A stretch of DNA of 64,000 bases, taken from Candidatus Lustribacter sp. Lineage in GTDB: Bacteria > Vulcanimicrobiota > Vulcanimicrobiia > Vulcanimicrobiales > Vulcanimicrobiaceae. This document shows positions 26,718 through 36,288 of this stretch, piece after piece (within the stretch, counting starts at the first letter, position 1; each line of letters opens with the position of its first letter). The notes under the pieces were generated by a model that was given only the letters and a program-made list of their open reading frames with translations, was not told where the DNA came from and searched no databases. Location: the NCBI GenBank assembly GCA_965277805.1, contig OZ255842.1, forward strand, positions 2,944,001 through 3,008,000. Reading direction: 5' to 3'. The translations under genes were made by a program, and so were the position numbers.

Positions 26718-28300
26718 TCTAAGAGAAGGCGCGATTCGGCGAGGTCGATGTCGTATTGCATGCGGCGGAAGACCTCGTCGGCGATCTCTCCGGCATGCCG
26801 CATATCATCGAGCGCGGTACGTTCGGCGTCGATGGTTTGGCGGATGAGGTCCCGTTCGAGGTTGTGTTGCGAGTCATCGGCCTGCGCGCTGTAGTGCTCG
26901 ATCGTCTCTTCGAAACGGAACCGCAGCCGTCCGGCGACTTCCCACTGCGCGGCCGTCGCAAAGGTGTCTTCCAGCTCTTTCAGCCGGGCGAGCGCGGCTT
27001 CGGCCACGCGCACCTGCGCGGTCGCGCGCGGCCGCTCGCCGGTGTCGTCATCGACGACGTGAAACCAGCGGATAAACCAGGGTAGCGTGAGGCCCTGTCC
27101 GAGCAACGTGACCAAGATCACCGCGAACGTAATGAACAGGATCAGATCGCGCGCGGGAAACGGTGAGCCGCCGTTCACGTCCTCCGGAATCGACAGCGCC
27201 GCCGCCAGCGAAACGATGCCGCGCATCCCCGACCAGCCCAAAACGAACGCCCACGACCACGGCAGCGTGCCGCCCTCGCGGGCGACGGTGCGGACGTTGA
27301 ACCGCCGCGTCAGCGCGGCCACCGCCACCCATGCGAGCCGCACCGCGATCACCGTGCCGGCGATAGCCCCGGCGTACTGCGCGAGCGTCGCCGCCGGGAA
27401 GATCGCCAACTCCGTAAAGATCGAGCGCAGCTGCAGGCCGAGAATGATGAACAGTGCCCCGTTGAACACGAAGAACAGCGTGTTCCAAACGCTGCGGCCG
27501 ATCAGGCGCGCCTCGGGCGTATACATGCCGCCGCCCTGACGGCTGAGGTACATGCCGCCCGCCGCCGCCGCCAACACACCGGAACCGCCCAGCCGGTCGG
27601 CGGCGAGATAGACGAGGAACGGCGTGATCAGCGTGATCGTCACAGAGATCACGTCGTCAGTGAGGTTGTGATCGTAGAGAAAGCGCGTGACCCGCCGGGC
27701 CACCACGCCGCCGGCGATGCCGATCGCGATCCCGACGATCGCGACGTAGGCGAATTGCGCGACCGCGCTGCCTAACGAGAACGTCCCGATCATCACCGCC
27801 GCGACGGCGAACTTGTAGAGCACGAGCCCGGTCGCATCGTTGATCAAGCTCTCGCCGCCGAGCACGGTGAGCAGACGCAGCGGCATGCCGGTTTCCTCGG
27901 CAATCGCGTCGGTGGCAACCGTATCGGTCGGCGAGAGGATCGCGCCGAGCACGAAGCCCACGTCGAGCGGCAAGCCGATGACCCAGTGGGCAACGAACGC
28001 CACGCTCACCGACGTCAGCACGACGAGCCCGGTCGCGAGCTGCACGATCGGCTTGATGAAACGTTTGAATCGGCGGAAATCAGTGACAAACGCGTCGCCG
28101 AAAATCAGCGGCGGCAAGAACACGAGGAAGACCAGATCCGGCGCCAGCTTGATGACCGGCACGCCGGGCACGAACGCCAGCGCGATGCCGCCCAGTAAGA
28201 ACACGATCGGGTACGGCTGACGCGTCCACTTCGCCACGACCGCCAGCGCCGCGATCAGCGCGAGGATCAGAAAGATCGTGACCTCGCCCGCTCCGCTCAA
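26714..28300 (-). CDS. Na+/H+ antiporter, CPA1 (NhaP/YjcE-like)
   Basis: FLPPLIF, LSPTD, GESLINDA, GMRGIVSLAAAL. Confidence 0.92.
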   Translation of the reverse strand: MSGAGEVTIFLILALIAALAVVAKWTRQPYPIVFLLGGIALAFVPGVPVIKLAPDLVFLVFLPPLIFGDAFVTDFRRFKRFIKPIVQLATGLVVLTSVSVAFVAHWVIGLPLDVGFVLGAILSPTDTVATDAIAEETGMPLRLLTVLGGESLINDATGLVLYKFAVAAVMIGTFSLGSAVAQFAYVAIVGIAIGIAGGVVARRVTRFLYDHNLTDDVISVTITLITPFLVYLAADRLGGSGVLAAAAGGMYLSRQGGGMYTPEARLIGRSVWNTLFFVFNGALFIILGLQLRSIFTELAIFPAATLAQYAGAIAGTVIAVRLAWVAVAALTRRFNVRTVAREGGTLPWSWAFVLGWSGMRGIVSLAAALSIPEDVNGGSPFPARDLILFITFAVILVTLLGQGLTLPWFIRWFHVVDDDTGERPRATAQVRVAEAALARLKELEDTFATAAQWEVAGRLRFRFEETIEHYSAQADDSQHNLERDLIRQTIDAERTALDDMRHAGEIADEVFRRMQYDIDLAESRLLLD

Positions 28301-29562
28301 CTGGCGCGCAACTTCGGATGGGCGCTAAACGTCCACACCCCCACGGCCGTGCAGATGATCCCCGCCACGATGAAGACCAGCCGCAAGTCGGTGAAGCGCG
28401 CGAGCGTCCCGATCACGAGCGCTCCGCCGGGAACCAGGCCGAGCGCGATCATCGAGTAGACCGAGATCACGCGTCCGCGCATCTCGTCGGGCGCCAGCGT
28501 CTGCACCAGCACGTTCGAGGAACCGATGAAGCTCTGCGTGCCGAGCCCGACGAAGCCGAGCACGAGCGAGCCCCACAGGACGCTGTCGGTAACGCCGAGC
28601 GTCGCGACGCCGAGCGAGGCGATGCAGCCCGAAACGAACCACAGCACCGCGCGCTTGCGCACGTTGAACGCCGCGATCAGGAGCGCGCCGACGACCGCCC
28701 CGATTCCGGACGCCGCCATCAACGCACCCAATCCGCGCGCGTCCGTGTGCAGCACGTGCACGGCGTACGCCGGCAGCAGAAACGTATACGAGCGCACGGA
28801 AAGCGCGGTGACGATCATCATCAAGTAGATCCAGCGCAACGCCGAATGCGCGTAGATGAAGCGCACGCTCTCGAGAAAGGCCGGCCAAAACGGCGTACGT
28901 TTGGTGGAACTCGGCGGCGAGGGCCGCATGAAGATCAGCGCCAGCACCACCGCGAACTTCACGATCGCGTTGACGATCATGCACGGTGCGATGCCGGCCG
29001 CGAAGATCAGGATTCCGGCCAGCGGCGGGCCCGCGACCGCCGGCGTGTTAAACGCGAACGAGTTCAGCCCAATCGCATTTCCCACCAGCTCGCGCGGCAC
29101 GAGGATCGAGACCCAGCTCTGCCGCGCCGGCGCATCGAACGATTGCGTCGCGGCCTGCATCGCGCTGATCGCTAAGATCACCGGCAGCGACGCGGTGTTG
29201 GTCAGCAGCGTCCCGGCGAGGATCACGGCCAAGATCATCGTCATGATGTTGGTGCTGAGCAAGATCGGACGGCGCGAGTAGCGATCGGCGAGAACACCTG
29301 CATAGGGCGAGGCGAGCAGGACCGGGATCATGCGCGATGCCCCGAGCAGCCCGATGTAGAACGAGCCGAGGCCGGCGTTCGGCGCGAGCCGCGCAACGTA
29401 GTAGCCGAGCGCGGTGAACTGGATCCACGTCCCGATGTTGCCGACGAACAGCCCGCTCCAGAGCAGCGAGAAGTCGCGGTAACGGAACGGTCCGAGCAGG
29501 CTTCCCTGGATGTTGGGGACGGGGCGTTCGCCCGCGCCGATCGCTTTTTCGGCCGCCGTCAT
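28297..29562 (-). CDS. MFS transporter
   Basis: FRYRDFSLLWSG, GVLADRYSRR, DEMRGRV; about 12 TM. Confidence 0.9.
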   Translation of the reverse strand: MTAAEKAIGAGERPVPNIQGSLLGPFRYRDFSLLWSGLFVGNIGTWIQFTALGYYVARLAPNAGLGSFYIGLLGASRMIPVLLASPYAGVLADRYSRRPILLSTNIMTMILAVILAGTLLTNTASLPVILAISAMQAATQSFDAPARQSWVSILVPRELVGNAIGLNSFAFNTPAVAGPPLAGILIFAAGIAPCMIVNAIVKFAVVLALIFMRPSPPSSTKRTPFWPAFLESVRFIYAHSALRWIYLMMIVTALSVRSYTFLLPAYAVHVLHTDARGLGALMAASGIGAVVGALLIAAFNVRKRAVLWFVSGCIASLGVATLGVTDSVLWGSLVLGFVGLGTQSFIGSSNVLVQTLAPDEMRGRVISVYSMIALGLVPGGALVIGTLARFTDLRLVFIVAGIICTAVGVWTFSAHPKLRAS

Positions 29563-30170
29563 CCGATCGTGCCGCGCGCGGCATCGATCAGCGCGATTGC
29601 CCCCGCGACACCGAAGCGCGCGACGTCCAAGACCAAATCGTAGTAGTGCGGATCGCCCCAGTCGAAATCGTACTGCTCGCGCGCGTAATTGCGCCGGCCG
29701 CCGTCGACGCGCGCGATCTCGGTGCGCGCCGCAGCCGGGGTCATGCCGAGCGATTCCGCGATGTGCGCGATGCGCCACTCGAGCGGCGCGGTGAGAAACA
29801 CGCGCAGCACGTCCGAGCGTTCGCGCAGCACGACGTTGCCCAGCCGCCCGACGACGATCACGTTGCCGCCGTCGGCCGCTTCGTGGATGAGGCGCTCGAT
29901 CTCGCGCTGGGTGATCGCCTCGAGGTCTTCGACCTCCGGGGCCGGCTGAAACGCTTCGGGCATCGCGACGCTGAGCGAGCGCAAGAGGCGCCGTCCGAAA
30001 CCGGTATTCTGGTACTCGATGCCCTCGACGGCTTCGGGCGAGGTGCCCAGCCGCGCGGCCACGACGACCGGCAGATCCTCGTCGAGCAAGCGATACCCGA
30101 GCAGCTCGGCGAGCCCGTGGATGACGGCCCGGCCGGCTGCCCCGTACTCGCGCGAAATCGTGATGATCAC
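29559..30170 (-). CDS. Cytidylate kinase-like family protein
   Basis: IITISREYGAAG, VIVVGR, RVFLTAPLEWRI, YDLVLD. Confidence 0.85.
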   Translation of the reverse strand: MIITISREYGAAGRAVIHGLAELLGYRLLDEDLPVVVAARLGTSPEAVEGIEYQNTGFGRRLLRSLSVAMPEAFQPAPEVEDLEAITQREIERLIHEAADGGNVIVVGRLGNVVLRERSDVLRVFLTAPLEWRIAHIAESLGMTPAAARTEIARVDGGRRNYAREQYDFDWGDPHYYDLVLDVARFGVAGAIALIDAARGTIG

Positions 30171-30222
30171 GAGCCCCTGCTTCCGCGGATGGACCGGCAG
30201 GTCCGGGTCGAAACGCAAACCC

Positions 30223-31236
30223 ATGCCGATCATCGAGACGCGCGAGCTGCGGAAGGTCTTCCGCTCCGTCAAGCGGACTCCGGGGGCCGGCGGCGCGCTC
30301 AAAACGCTCTTCTCCCGCGAGTACGTCGACAAGGTCGCCGTCACCGGCGTGACGATGTCGCTGGACGCGGGCGAACTGGTCGGCTACATCGGGCCGAACG
30401 GCGCGGGCAAATCCACCACGATCAAGATGCTCACCGGCATCCTCGTCCCGACCTCGGGAGAGGTGCGTGTCGCGGGCATCGTGCCGTATGAAAAGCGCAG
30501 CGAGAACGCGCGCAACATCGGGGTCGTGTTCGGGCAGCGCTCGCAGCTCTACTGGGATCTGCCGCTCGTCGAGTCGTTCGAACTTCTGCGCGCGATCTAC
30601 GACGTTTCGGCGCAGCGCTATCGCGAAAACATGGACTACTTTACCAAGCTGCTGGAAATGGACGACTTCCTCAACACGCCCGTGCGGCAGCTCTCGCTCG
30701 GTCAGCGCATGCGCGGGGATTTTGCGGCGGCGATGCTGCACGACCCGCGCGTCGTTTTCCTCGACGAACCGACGATCGGGCTCGACGTGGTGGCCAAGGA
30801 AGCGATTCGCACCTTCATCGCCGACATCAACCGCGAACGCGGCACCACGTTCATCCTCACGACGCACGACTTGGCCGACGTCGAGCGCTTGTGCCGGCGC
30901 ATCGTGCTGATCGACCGCGGCACGCTGATCTTCGACGGCGCCGTCGAGACGCTGCGCGATGAGTACGGCACGCACCGCACGCTGGTGGTCGAGCTTTGCG
31001 AACCCCAAACGCACGTCGAGATCGAAGGCACGGAGGCCGAACTCACGACGCCGACGATCGCGCGCTTCCGCTTCGACCGGCGCACGATGTCGGCCGAGGC
31101 GCTGGTCCGCCGCGTCACCGAATGCTACGCGGTCAGCGACATCTCGATCGAGGAGCCCGAACTCGAGTCGATCATTCGCCGCATCTACCGCGACGGGTAC
31201 GTCATCGAGCCCGACGGAGAACCAGCCGCCACGTGA
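30223..31236 (+). CDS. ABC-2 type exporter ATPase
   Basis: GPNGAGKST, VFGQRSQLYWDLP, LSLGQRMR, LDEPTIGLD. Confidence 0.92.
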   Translation: MPIIETRELRKVFRSVKRTPGAGGALKTLFSREYVDKVAVTGVTMSLDAGELVGYIGPNGAGKSTTIKMLTGILVPTSGEVRVAGIVPYEKRSENARNIGVVFGQRSQLYWDLPLVESFELLRAIYDVSAQRYRENMDYFTKLLEMDDFLNTPVRQLSLGQRMRGDFAAAMLHDPRVVFLDEPTIGLDVVAKEAIRTFIADINRERGTTFILTTHDLADVERLCRRIVLIDRGTLIFDGAVETLRDEYGTHRTLVVELCEPQTHVEIEGTEAELTTPTIARFRFDRRTMSAEALVRRVTECYAVSDISIEEPELESIIRRIYRDGYVIEPDGEPAAT

Positions 31237-32030
31237 AGTTCCGCGCCGCCCCGTATCTCGAGTTTGCCAAAAAGGCGTTCGCGCGTGAAGCAACCTACCG
31301 CATGGAGGTCTTCACCAATGTCGGTTCGCTGCTCGCACGTCTCTATTTAATGAAGATGGTGTGGGTTGCGCTCTACGCGCAGAACGTCGCGCCGGCGGGC
31401 GTACCGTTGCACGCTATCCTGACGTACACCTCGATCGCGCTCTTGATGTCGCTGGTACTCGAGATCGACGGCACCCGCATCATTCGCGACCGCGTGCGCG
31501 AAGGCTCGATCGCGACCGACTTGATGAAACCGATCAACCTGCCGCTCTACTTCTTCAGCGACGGCTTCGGCCAAACGCTGCTGCACGCGGTGCTGATCGT
31601 GCCCTCGCTACTGCTCGCGCTCTTTATCGTGCACATCGACGTGCCCTCAGCGCCGGTGCTGCTCGCGTTCGCCGTGAGTTTTGCGCTCGGCTACATTGTG
31701 AACTTCTTGATGAACTTCCTGATGAACTCGATCGCGTTCTGGACGCTCGAGACGTTTGCCATTCAGCTGATCATCCGCTGGGTGAGCGATCTGCTCGGCG
31801 GCCAGATCGTACCGCTGATCTTCTTCCCGGGCTTTCTGCAGCAAATCGTGCTCGCGCTGCCGTTCGCAGCCGTGTACTCAACGCCGCTGCTGATCTATCT
31901 CGGAAACATTCCCCCGAGCGCGTACCCCGCCGCCTTCGCAACGCAGCTCGCCTGGACCGCCGGCTTCGCGATCCTGGCGATGTTCGTGTGGCGCGGCGCG
32001 CTCCGGCGCGTCGTCGTGCAAGGCGGCTAG
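31233..32030 (+). CDS. ABC-2 family permease
   Basis: VREGSIATDLMKP, RRVVVQGG end; GTGA coupling to the ATPase. Confidence 0.88.
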   Translation: MKFRAAPYLEFAKKAFAREATYRMEVFTNVGSLLARLYLMKMVWVALYAQNVAPAGVPLHAILTYTSIALLMSLVLEIDGTRIIRDRVREGSIATDLMKPINLPLYFFSDGFGQTLLHAVLIVPSLLLALFIVHIDVPSAPVLLAFAVSFALGYIVNFLMNFLMNSIAFWTLETFAIQLIIRWVSDLLGGQIVPLIFFPGFLQQIVLALPFAAVYSTPLLIYLGNIPPSAYPAAFATQLAWTAGFAILAMFVWRGALRRVVVQGG

Positions 32031-33613
32031 ATCGACCAGCTGCGGATATCCCACGTTTCGACGACGGGGTTGGGGTCGAAGCCGTGCAGGTCAGGATTCA
32101 GGACTTGGATGTTGCGGAACCACCACAAGAAATCGATCGGCGCGTCGTGGATGACCAATGCTTCGATCGTTGCGTAGGCGCGTTTCCGCTCGGGGATGTC
32201 GTAGTTGGTGAGCGCCTCCGCCTGCGCGGCATCCATCGCAGGCGAGCAGTAGTATGACTGATTGTAGCCGCCGGGAGGACGGCTCGAGCACAAGAGCGTT
32301 GCCGAGTTGTCCGGGTCGATGCCCGAGTACCATTGGTAAATCGCGATTTGGTAGTTGCCGCGTGTGAGCGTCCCGCCCGCGGCGTAGCCGGCGTACATTT
32401 GCGTGCTCAGTTGCGCGCGCGCGTGGACCTCAACGCCGATACCGTGCAGTGCCTCTTGGATCTGCACGGCCAGCGAGCGCGAAACGGCCTGACTCTGCTC
32501 GTACACCATATCGAGCACGAGCGGCTTCGCCGCGGTATAGCCGAGCGCGGCGAGCTGCCGGCGTGCTTCGTCGGGCGCATAGGGCAAGTTGCGCAGTTGC
32601 GGATCGTATGCCCACATGAAGGCGGGCAGGTCGCCGGTGGCAACGGTGCCGGCGCCATACGTGAGATCGCTCGTGAGCCGGACCTTGTCGAGCGCCATCA
32701 CGAGCGCGCGGCGCAGTCGCGGATCCGCGGTCGGCCCGCGGCCCGAATTGATCATCAACCCTTCGTAGCCGTTGACGTTCGGCAACACGACGGCGACGTC
32801 GGGGATCGCGCGGATCGCGTTATAGGCACCGACCGAGGCCTCGTACATCCAGTCGGCTTCGTGCGCCCGCATCTGCTGCATCTCGGTATTCTCATCCGGT
32901 ACGAACCGCCAAATGAGATGTTTGATCTTCGGCGCGCCGAGATAGTACTGCTCGTTGCTGACGAACTCGATGCGGTCGCCGCGCACCCAACGCACGAACT
33001 TGAACGGACCCGTCCCGATCGGCGCCGAGTTGAACGGCACGTCGTTGAGGCTCGCGAATTTCACCAGGACGTGGGCGGGCAGAACGCCGTACGGGCTATC
33101 GCTCTCGCCGAACACCACCGAAACGAATGGCGCGAACCGTTTGCGCAAATGGAAGCGCACGGTTAGCGGATCGGGCGTGTCGACGCTACGCACGATGTCG
33201 TATCCGTGGCGAGAGATCACGTCATTGGCCGGATTCATGATTGCGTCGTAGGTGAACTTCACATCCCGGCTCGTGAACGGAACGCCGTCCTGCCAGCGCA
33301 CGCCCGGCCGAAGATGATACGTGATCGCCAGCCCATCCGCACTGATCCCGCCGTTCGCGCGCGACGGAATCTCGCGCGCCAGCCGCGGCACCAACGTACC
33401 GTGCGCATCGGCGGAAACCAGAATATCGGTCGTCAACCGCCCGATCGATGCTTCAACCGTCTGCGTCGCCAGAATCGGATTGAGCGTACGCGGAATATTC
33501 GCCGAGATAACCCGCAGCGTATCCGGAATCGTCCACGTATGCCGCACCGCCGCGGCGCCCTCCGGCGCAACCCGCGTACACCCCGCCAACGCCGCGAAGA
33601 GCAGCGCTGCCAA
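32027..33613 (-). CDS. Peptide/nickel ABC substrate-binding lipoprotein (SBP family 5)
   Basis: LAG|C lipobox; LRPGVRWQDGVPFTSRDVKFT; PIGTGPFKF. Confidence 0.9.
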   Translation of the reverse strand: MAALLFAALAGCTRVAPEGAAAVRHTWTIPDTLRVISANIPRTLNPILATQTVEASIGRLTTDILVSADAHGTLVPRLAREIPSRANGGISADGLAITYHLRPGVRWQDGVPFTSRDVKFTYDAIMNPANDVISRHGYDIVRSVDTPDPLTVRFHLRKRFAPFVSVVFGESDSPYGVLPAHVLVKFASLNDVPFNSAPIGTGPFKFVRWVRGDRIEFVSNEQYYLGAPKIKHLIWRFVPDENTEMQQMRAHEADWMYEASVGAYNAIRAIPDVAVVLPNVNGYEGLMINSGRGPTADPRLRRALVMALDKVRLTSDLTYGAGTVATGDLPAFMWAYDPQLRNLPYAPDEARRQLAALGYTAAKPLVLDMVYEQSQAVSRSLAVQIQEALHGIGVEVHARAQLSTQMYAGYAAGGTLTRGNYQIAIYQWYSGIDPDNSATLLCSSRPPGGYNQSYYCSPAMDAAQAEALTNYDIPERKRAYATIEALVIHDAPIDFLWWFRNIQVLNPDLHGFDPNPVVETWDIRSWSI

Positions 33614-33627
33614 GACCCGCGCGGTGC

Positions 33628-33897
33628 TTATTCCCAGCCGACCTTATCGACGAAGCACCACTTCCAGTTTTCGCCCGGCTCGAGGGATCGGATGATCGGG
33701 TGTTCGGTGATGCGGAAGTGTTTTGTGGCGTGTTTGTTCTTTGAATCGTCGCAGCAGCCGACATGGCCGCACTCGAGGCACAAGCGCAAGTGCACCCACG
33801 TGTCGCCCATCTTGAGACACTCTTCGCAGCCGTGCGTCTTCGGGTGCACCGGACGGATGGTGTCCAAGTGCGTGCATGGAACCGGATCGTTGAGCAT
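33628..33897 (-). CDS. UBP-type zinc finger protein
   Basis: CTH...CEEC...WVHLRLCLECGHVGCCDDS..KHATKHF...WKWCFVD. Confidence 0.9.
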   Translation of the reverse strand: MLNDPVPCTHLDTIRPVHPKTHGCEECLKMGDTWVHLRLCLECGHVGCCDDSKNKHATKHFRITEHPIIRSLEPGENWKWCFVDKVGWE

Positions 33898-33902
33898 GCT
33901 GC

Positions 33903-34808
33903 CTAGGACACCGGCGGTATTGGGGCGAGTTCCACGTCGCCGCGCGCGACGAGGCGGCCGAGCAGCAAGTGGTAGTAGAGCATGCCGCGCTGATCGCCGA
34001 GGCGGCCGAGGAGTTCCTCGACGTCGACGTTGGTGCTGCCGGAGAGGTCTTTCACGCTGCGCGCAACGCCGGAATCGTTCATGGGGAAGAGATCGAGGCG
34101 GCCGAAACCGCGTAAGGCGATCACGGCGGCGGTCCACGGGCCGATGCCGCGGTGGGCGGCCAGCGACGCCATCAGTTCGCCGGTCGGTAGCAACGTCAGC
34201 GCCGCTTCGTCGATCTCACCATCGAGGATCGCGCGCGCGACCGCACGCAGCGATGTGACCTTGTTGATGCTCAACCCTTGCTTGCGCAATTCCACGGCAT
34301 CCGCGTCGATGATGATTTGCGGACCGGGAAAAACGTAGAGCGCTGCGTCGCCGAGCGGCACGGGCGCAGCGAAACGCTCGATCGTACGGCGCAGGATCGC
34401 GCCGGCCGCGTGAATGCTGATCTGCTGGTAGACGATCGCGTTGACGCACGCTTCCCAGACCGTGGGGTAGCGCGGCGGCTTTACACCGCGCGCGCCCGCA
34501 ACGAGCGGCGCGAGCCACGCGATGCTCTTGGCGGCGCGGTAGAACGGCTCGAGATCGACGTCGATCCCGAGCATGCGTTCGACCAGCACCCGCGCATCGT
34601 ACGCCGCACCGGAGCTTTCGATCTCGGCCGTGAGTTCGGCCGGGCCGGTTTGCGAGACGCTCAGCAGCGCCGGTGACGTGGCATCGCCGATGAGCCGCCG
34701 GTACGTCGTACCGTCGAAGTGGTCGACCACGTTGGTCGAGAGCCGGCGCAGCACGTTGGCGGTGAGATCGAGCCGGTACGGCTCGCGCACGCCGATGCGA
34801 ATGGACAC
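33903..34808 (-). CDS. alkA: DNA-3-methyladenine glycosylase II (AlkA family)
   Basis: AIVYQQIS, HhH motif RGIGPWTA, FPMND. Confidence 0.85.
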   Translation of the reverse strand: MSIRIGVREPYRLDLTANVLRRLSTNVVDHFDGTTYRRLIGDATSPALLSVSQTGPAELTAEIESSGAAYDARVLVERMLGIDVDLEPFYRAAKSIAWLAPLVAGARGVKPPRYPTVWEACVNAIVYQQISIHAAGAILRRTIERFAAPVPLGDAALYVFPGPQIIIDADAVELRKQGLSINKVTSLRAVARAILDGEIDEAALTLLPTGELMASLAAHRGIGPWTAAVIALRGFGRLDLFPMNDSGVARSVKDLSGSTNVDVEELLGRLGDQRGMLYYHLLLGRLVARGDVELAPIPPVS

Positions 34809-34862
34809 GGTGAGGCCTTCGGGTCCCAGGGATGCCTTTCCGGCGCAGACAACCGGGAAGCG

Positions 34863-35675
34863 GTGGTACACCGGCGATCCTATTTGACCACGTACGCACG
34901 ATACTGGCGCATCAACCTGCTCACCATGCTCGAGTATCGCGCCAACTTCCTGATGTGGGGCGGGTTCACGGTGATCTACCACGCGACGGCGATCGTCGCG
35001 CTGTGGGTGACGCTGCGCAACTTTCCCTCGATCAACGGTTGGAATTTCCGCCAGACGGCGTTCATGTATGGGCTGTGGTTTCTCGGCCACGCCGTGCACA
35101 ACACGTTCTTCTTCTCGGTCGGCAATGTGCCCGAGTTCATCCGCGAGGGGCGCTTCGATCGCTTCCTCGTGCGCCCGCTCGATACGCTGTTTCAAGCGAT
35201 GACGGTGCCCCAGCAGATCTGGCCCGACGAGCTGATCCTCTCGTTCGTCTACTTTGCCGTGGTCGTGCCGTTCAGCGGCGTGCACGTCGACGCGCTCTTC
35301 CTGGCGTACGTGCCGCTGGTGGCGATCGGCGGCGCGCTGATCGACTTCGGCATCAACCTCGTGATCGCGACGATCTCGTTCTGGTTCATCCGCATCGATT
35401 CGCTGCGCTGGGTCATCATGTCGCTCGAACAGGACTTCTCGCGCTATCCGATCTCCGTCTACCAGCGCGGCGTGCGCGTCGCGCTCGCCTTCGTCTTGCC
35501 GTTTGCGTTCATGAACTACTTTCCGGCAACGTTTCTCTTACACAAGTCTGAGACCGGGCTGAATCTCAATCCGGCGGTTGGGCTGCTCACGCCGCTCGTC
35601 GGCATCGTGAGCCTCGGCATCGCGTACGCGTTTTGGCGCATCGGTCTCGACCGGTATCAAGGCACCGGGAGTTGA
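34863..35675 (+). CDS. ABC-2 family permease (second subunit)
   Basis: LEYRANF, IREGRFDRFLVRP, YPISVY, RYQGTGS end. Confidence 0.88.
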   Translation: MVHRRSYLTTYARYWRINLLTMLEYRANFLMWGGFTVIYHATAIVALWVTLRNFPSINGWNFRQTAFMYGLWFLGHAVHNTFFFSVGNVPEFIREGRFDRFLVRPLDTLFQAMTVPQQIWPDELILSFVYFAVVVPFSGVHVDALFLAYVPLVAIGGALIDFGINLVIATISFWFIRIDSLRWVIMSLEQDFSRYPISVYQRGVRVALAFVLPFAFMNYFPATFLLHKSETGLNLNPAVGLLTPLVGIVSLGIAYAFWRIGLDRYQGTGS

Positions 35676-35685
35676 AGGAAGGTGC

Positions 35686-36288
35686 ATGAAGCGCTTTCTC
35701 GTCGCCGTCATTGCCGCATGGCTTTCCGCCGCGGCGATGGCCCGCGCGGAGGCGGTCGACGTGGTCGTCCAAGCCGGTCATGAAGGCCGGCCCGCCTCAT
35801 GTGCCCCCAATCACGTGCACGCCTGCAACATCGGCGCAAGTTCGGCGGCCGGGCGCGAAATCGCGTGGACCCCGATCGTTGCGGACGCGATGACCGCGAC
35901 GTTGCGCGCAGCCGGATTGCGCGTCGCGCGGCGCCCGGCCGACTACCCGCAGCACGATAGCGCGCGGGTCGCGATCTTCATCCACTTCGACGGCGCCGAG
36001 CCGCCGTGCGCGAGCGGGACGTCGGTCGGCTTCCCCGCCACGACCGCGCATAGCTTCGTCGCCGCGTGGGAACGCGCGTATCGCGGCTACTTCCCCTTCC
36101 ATGTTGCGGGCGAGAACATCAGTTCGAATGAAGAGCACTACTACGGTTTTCGCAAGGTCGATGCGCCGCAAAAGATGCTGATCGAGTACGGCGAGCTGAC
36201 GTGTCCCGCGCAGGCCGCGTGGCTGAAGCCGCGCCTGCGCGAGCTGGGGGAATTCACCGCCCACTTCATCATCGGGCAGTTGCGCTGA
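35686..36288 (+). CDS. Secreted N-acetylmuramoyl-L-alanine amidase-like protein (Amidase_3)
   Basis: Signal peptide; VVQAGHEG, REI, IFIHFD, MLIEYG fit the H/E/H/E Zn-amidase pattern. Confidence 0.65.
   Translation: MKRFLVAVIAAWLSAAAMARAEAVDVVVQAGHEGRPASCAPNHVHACNIGASSAAGREIAWTPIVADAMTATLRAAGLRVARRPADYPQHDSARVAIFIHFDGAEPPCASGTSVGFPATTAHSFVAAWERAYRGYFPFHVAGENISSNEEHYYGFRKVDAPQKMLIEYGELTCPAQAAWLKPRLRELGEFTAHFIIGQLR

Noticed and set aside
29563-31293. N-terminal extension making a 998-aa MFS ORF
   Set aside because: It overlaps the cytidylate-kinase-like gene and is antisense to the ABC ATPase; the real start is ATG 29562.
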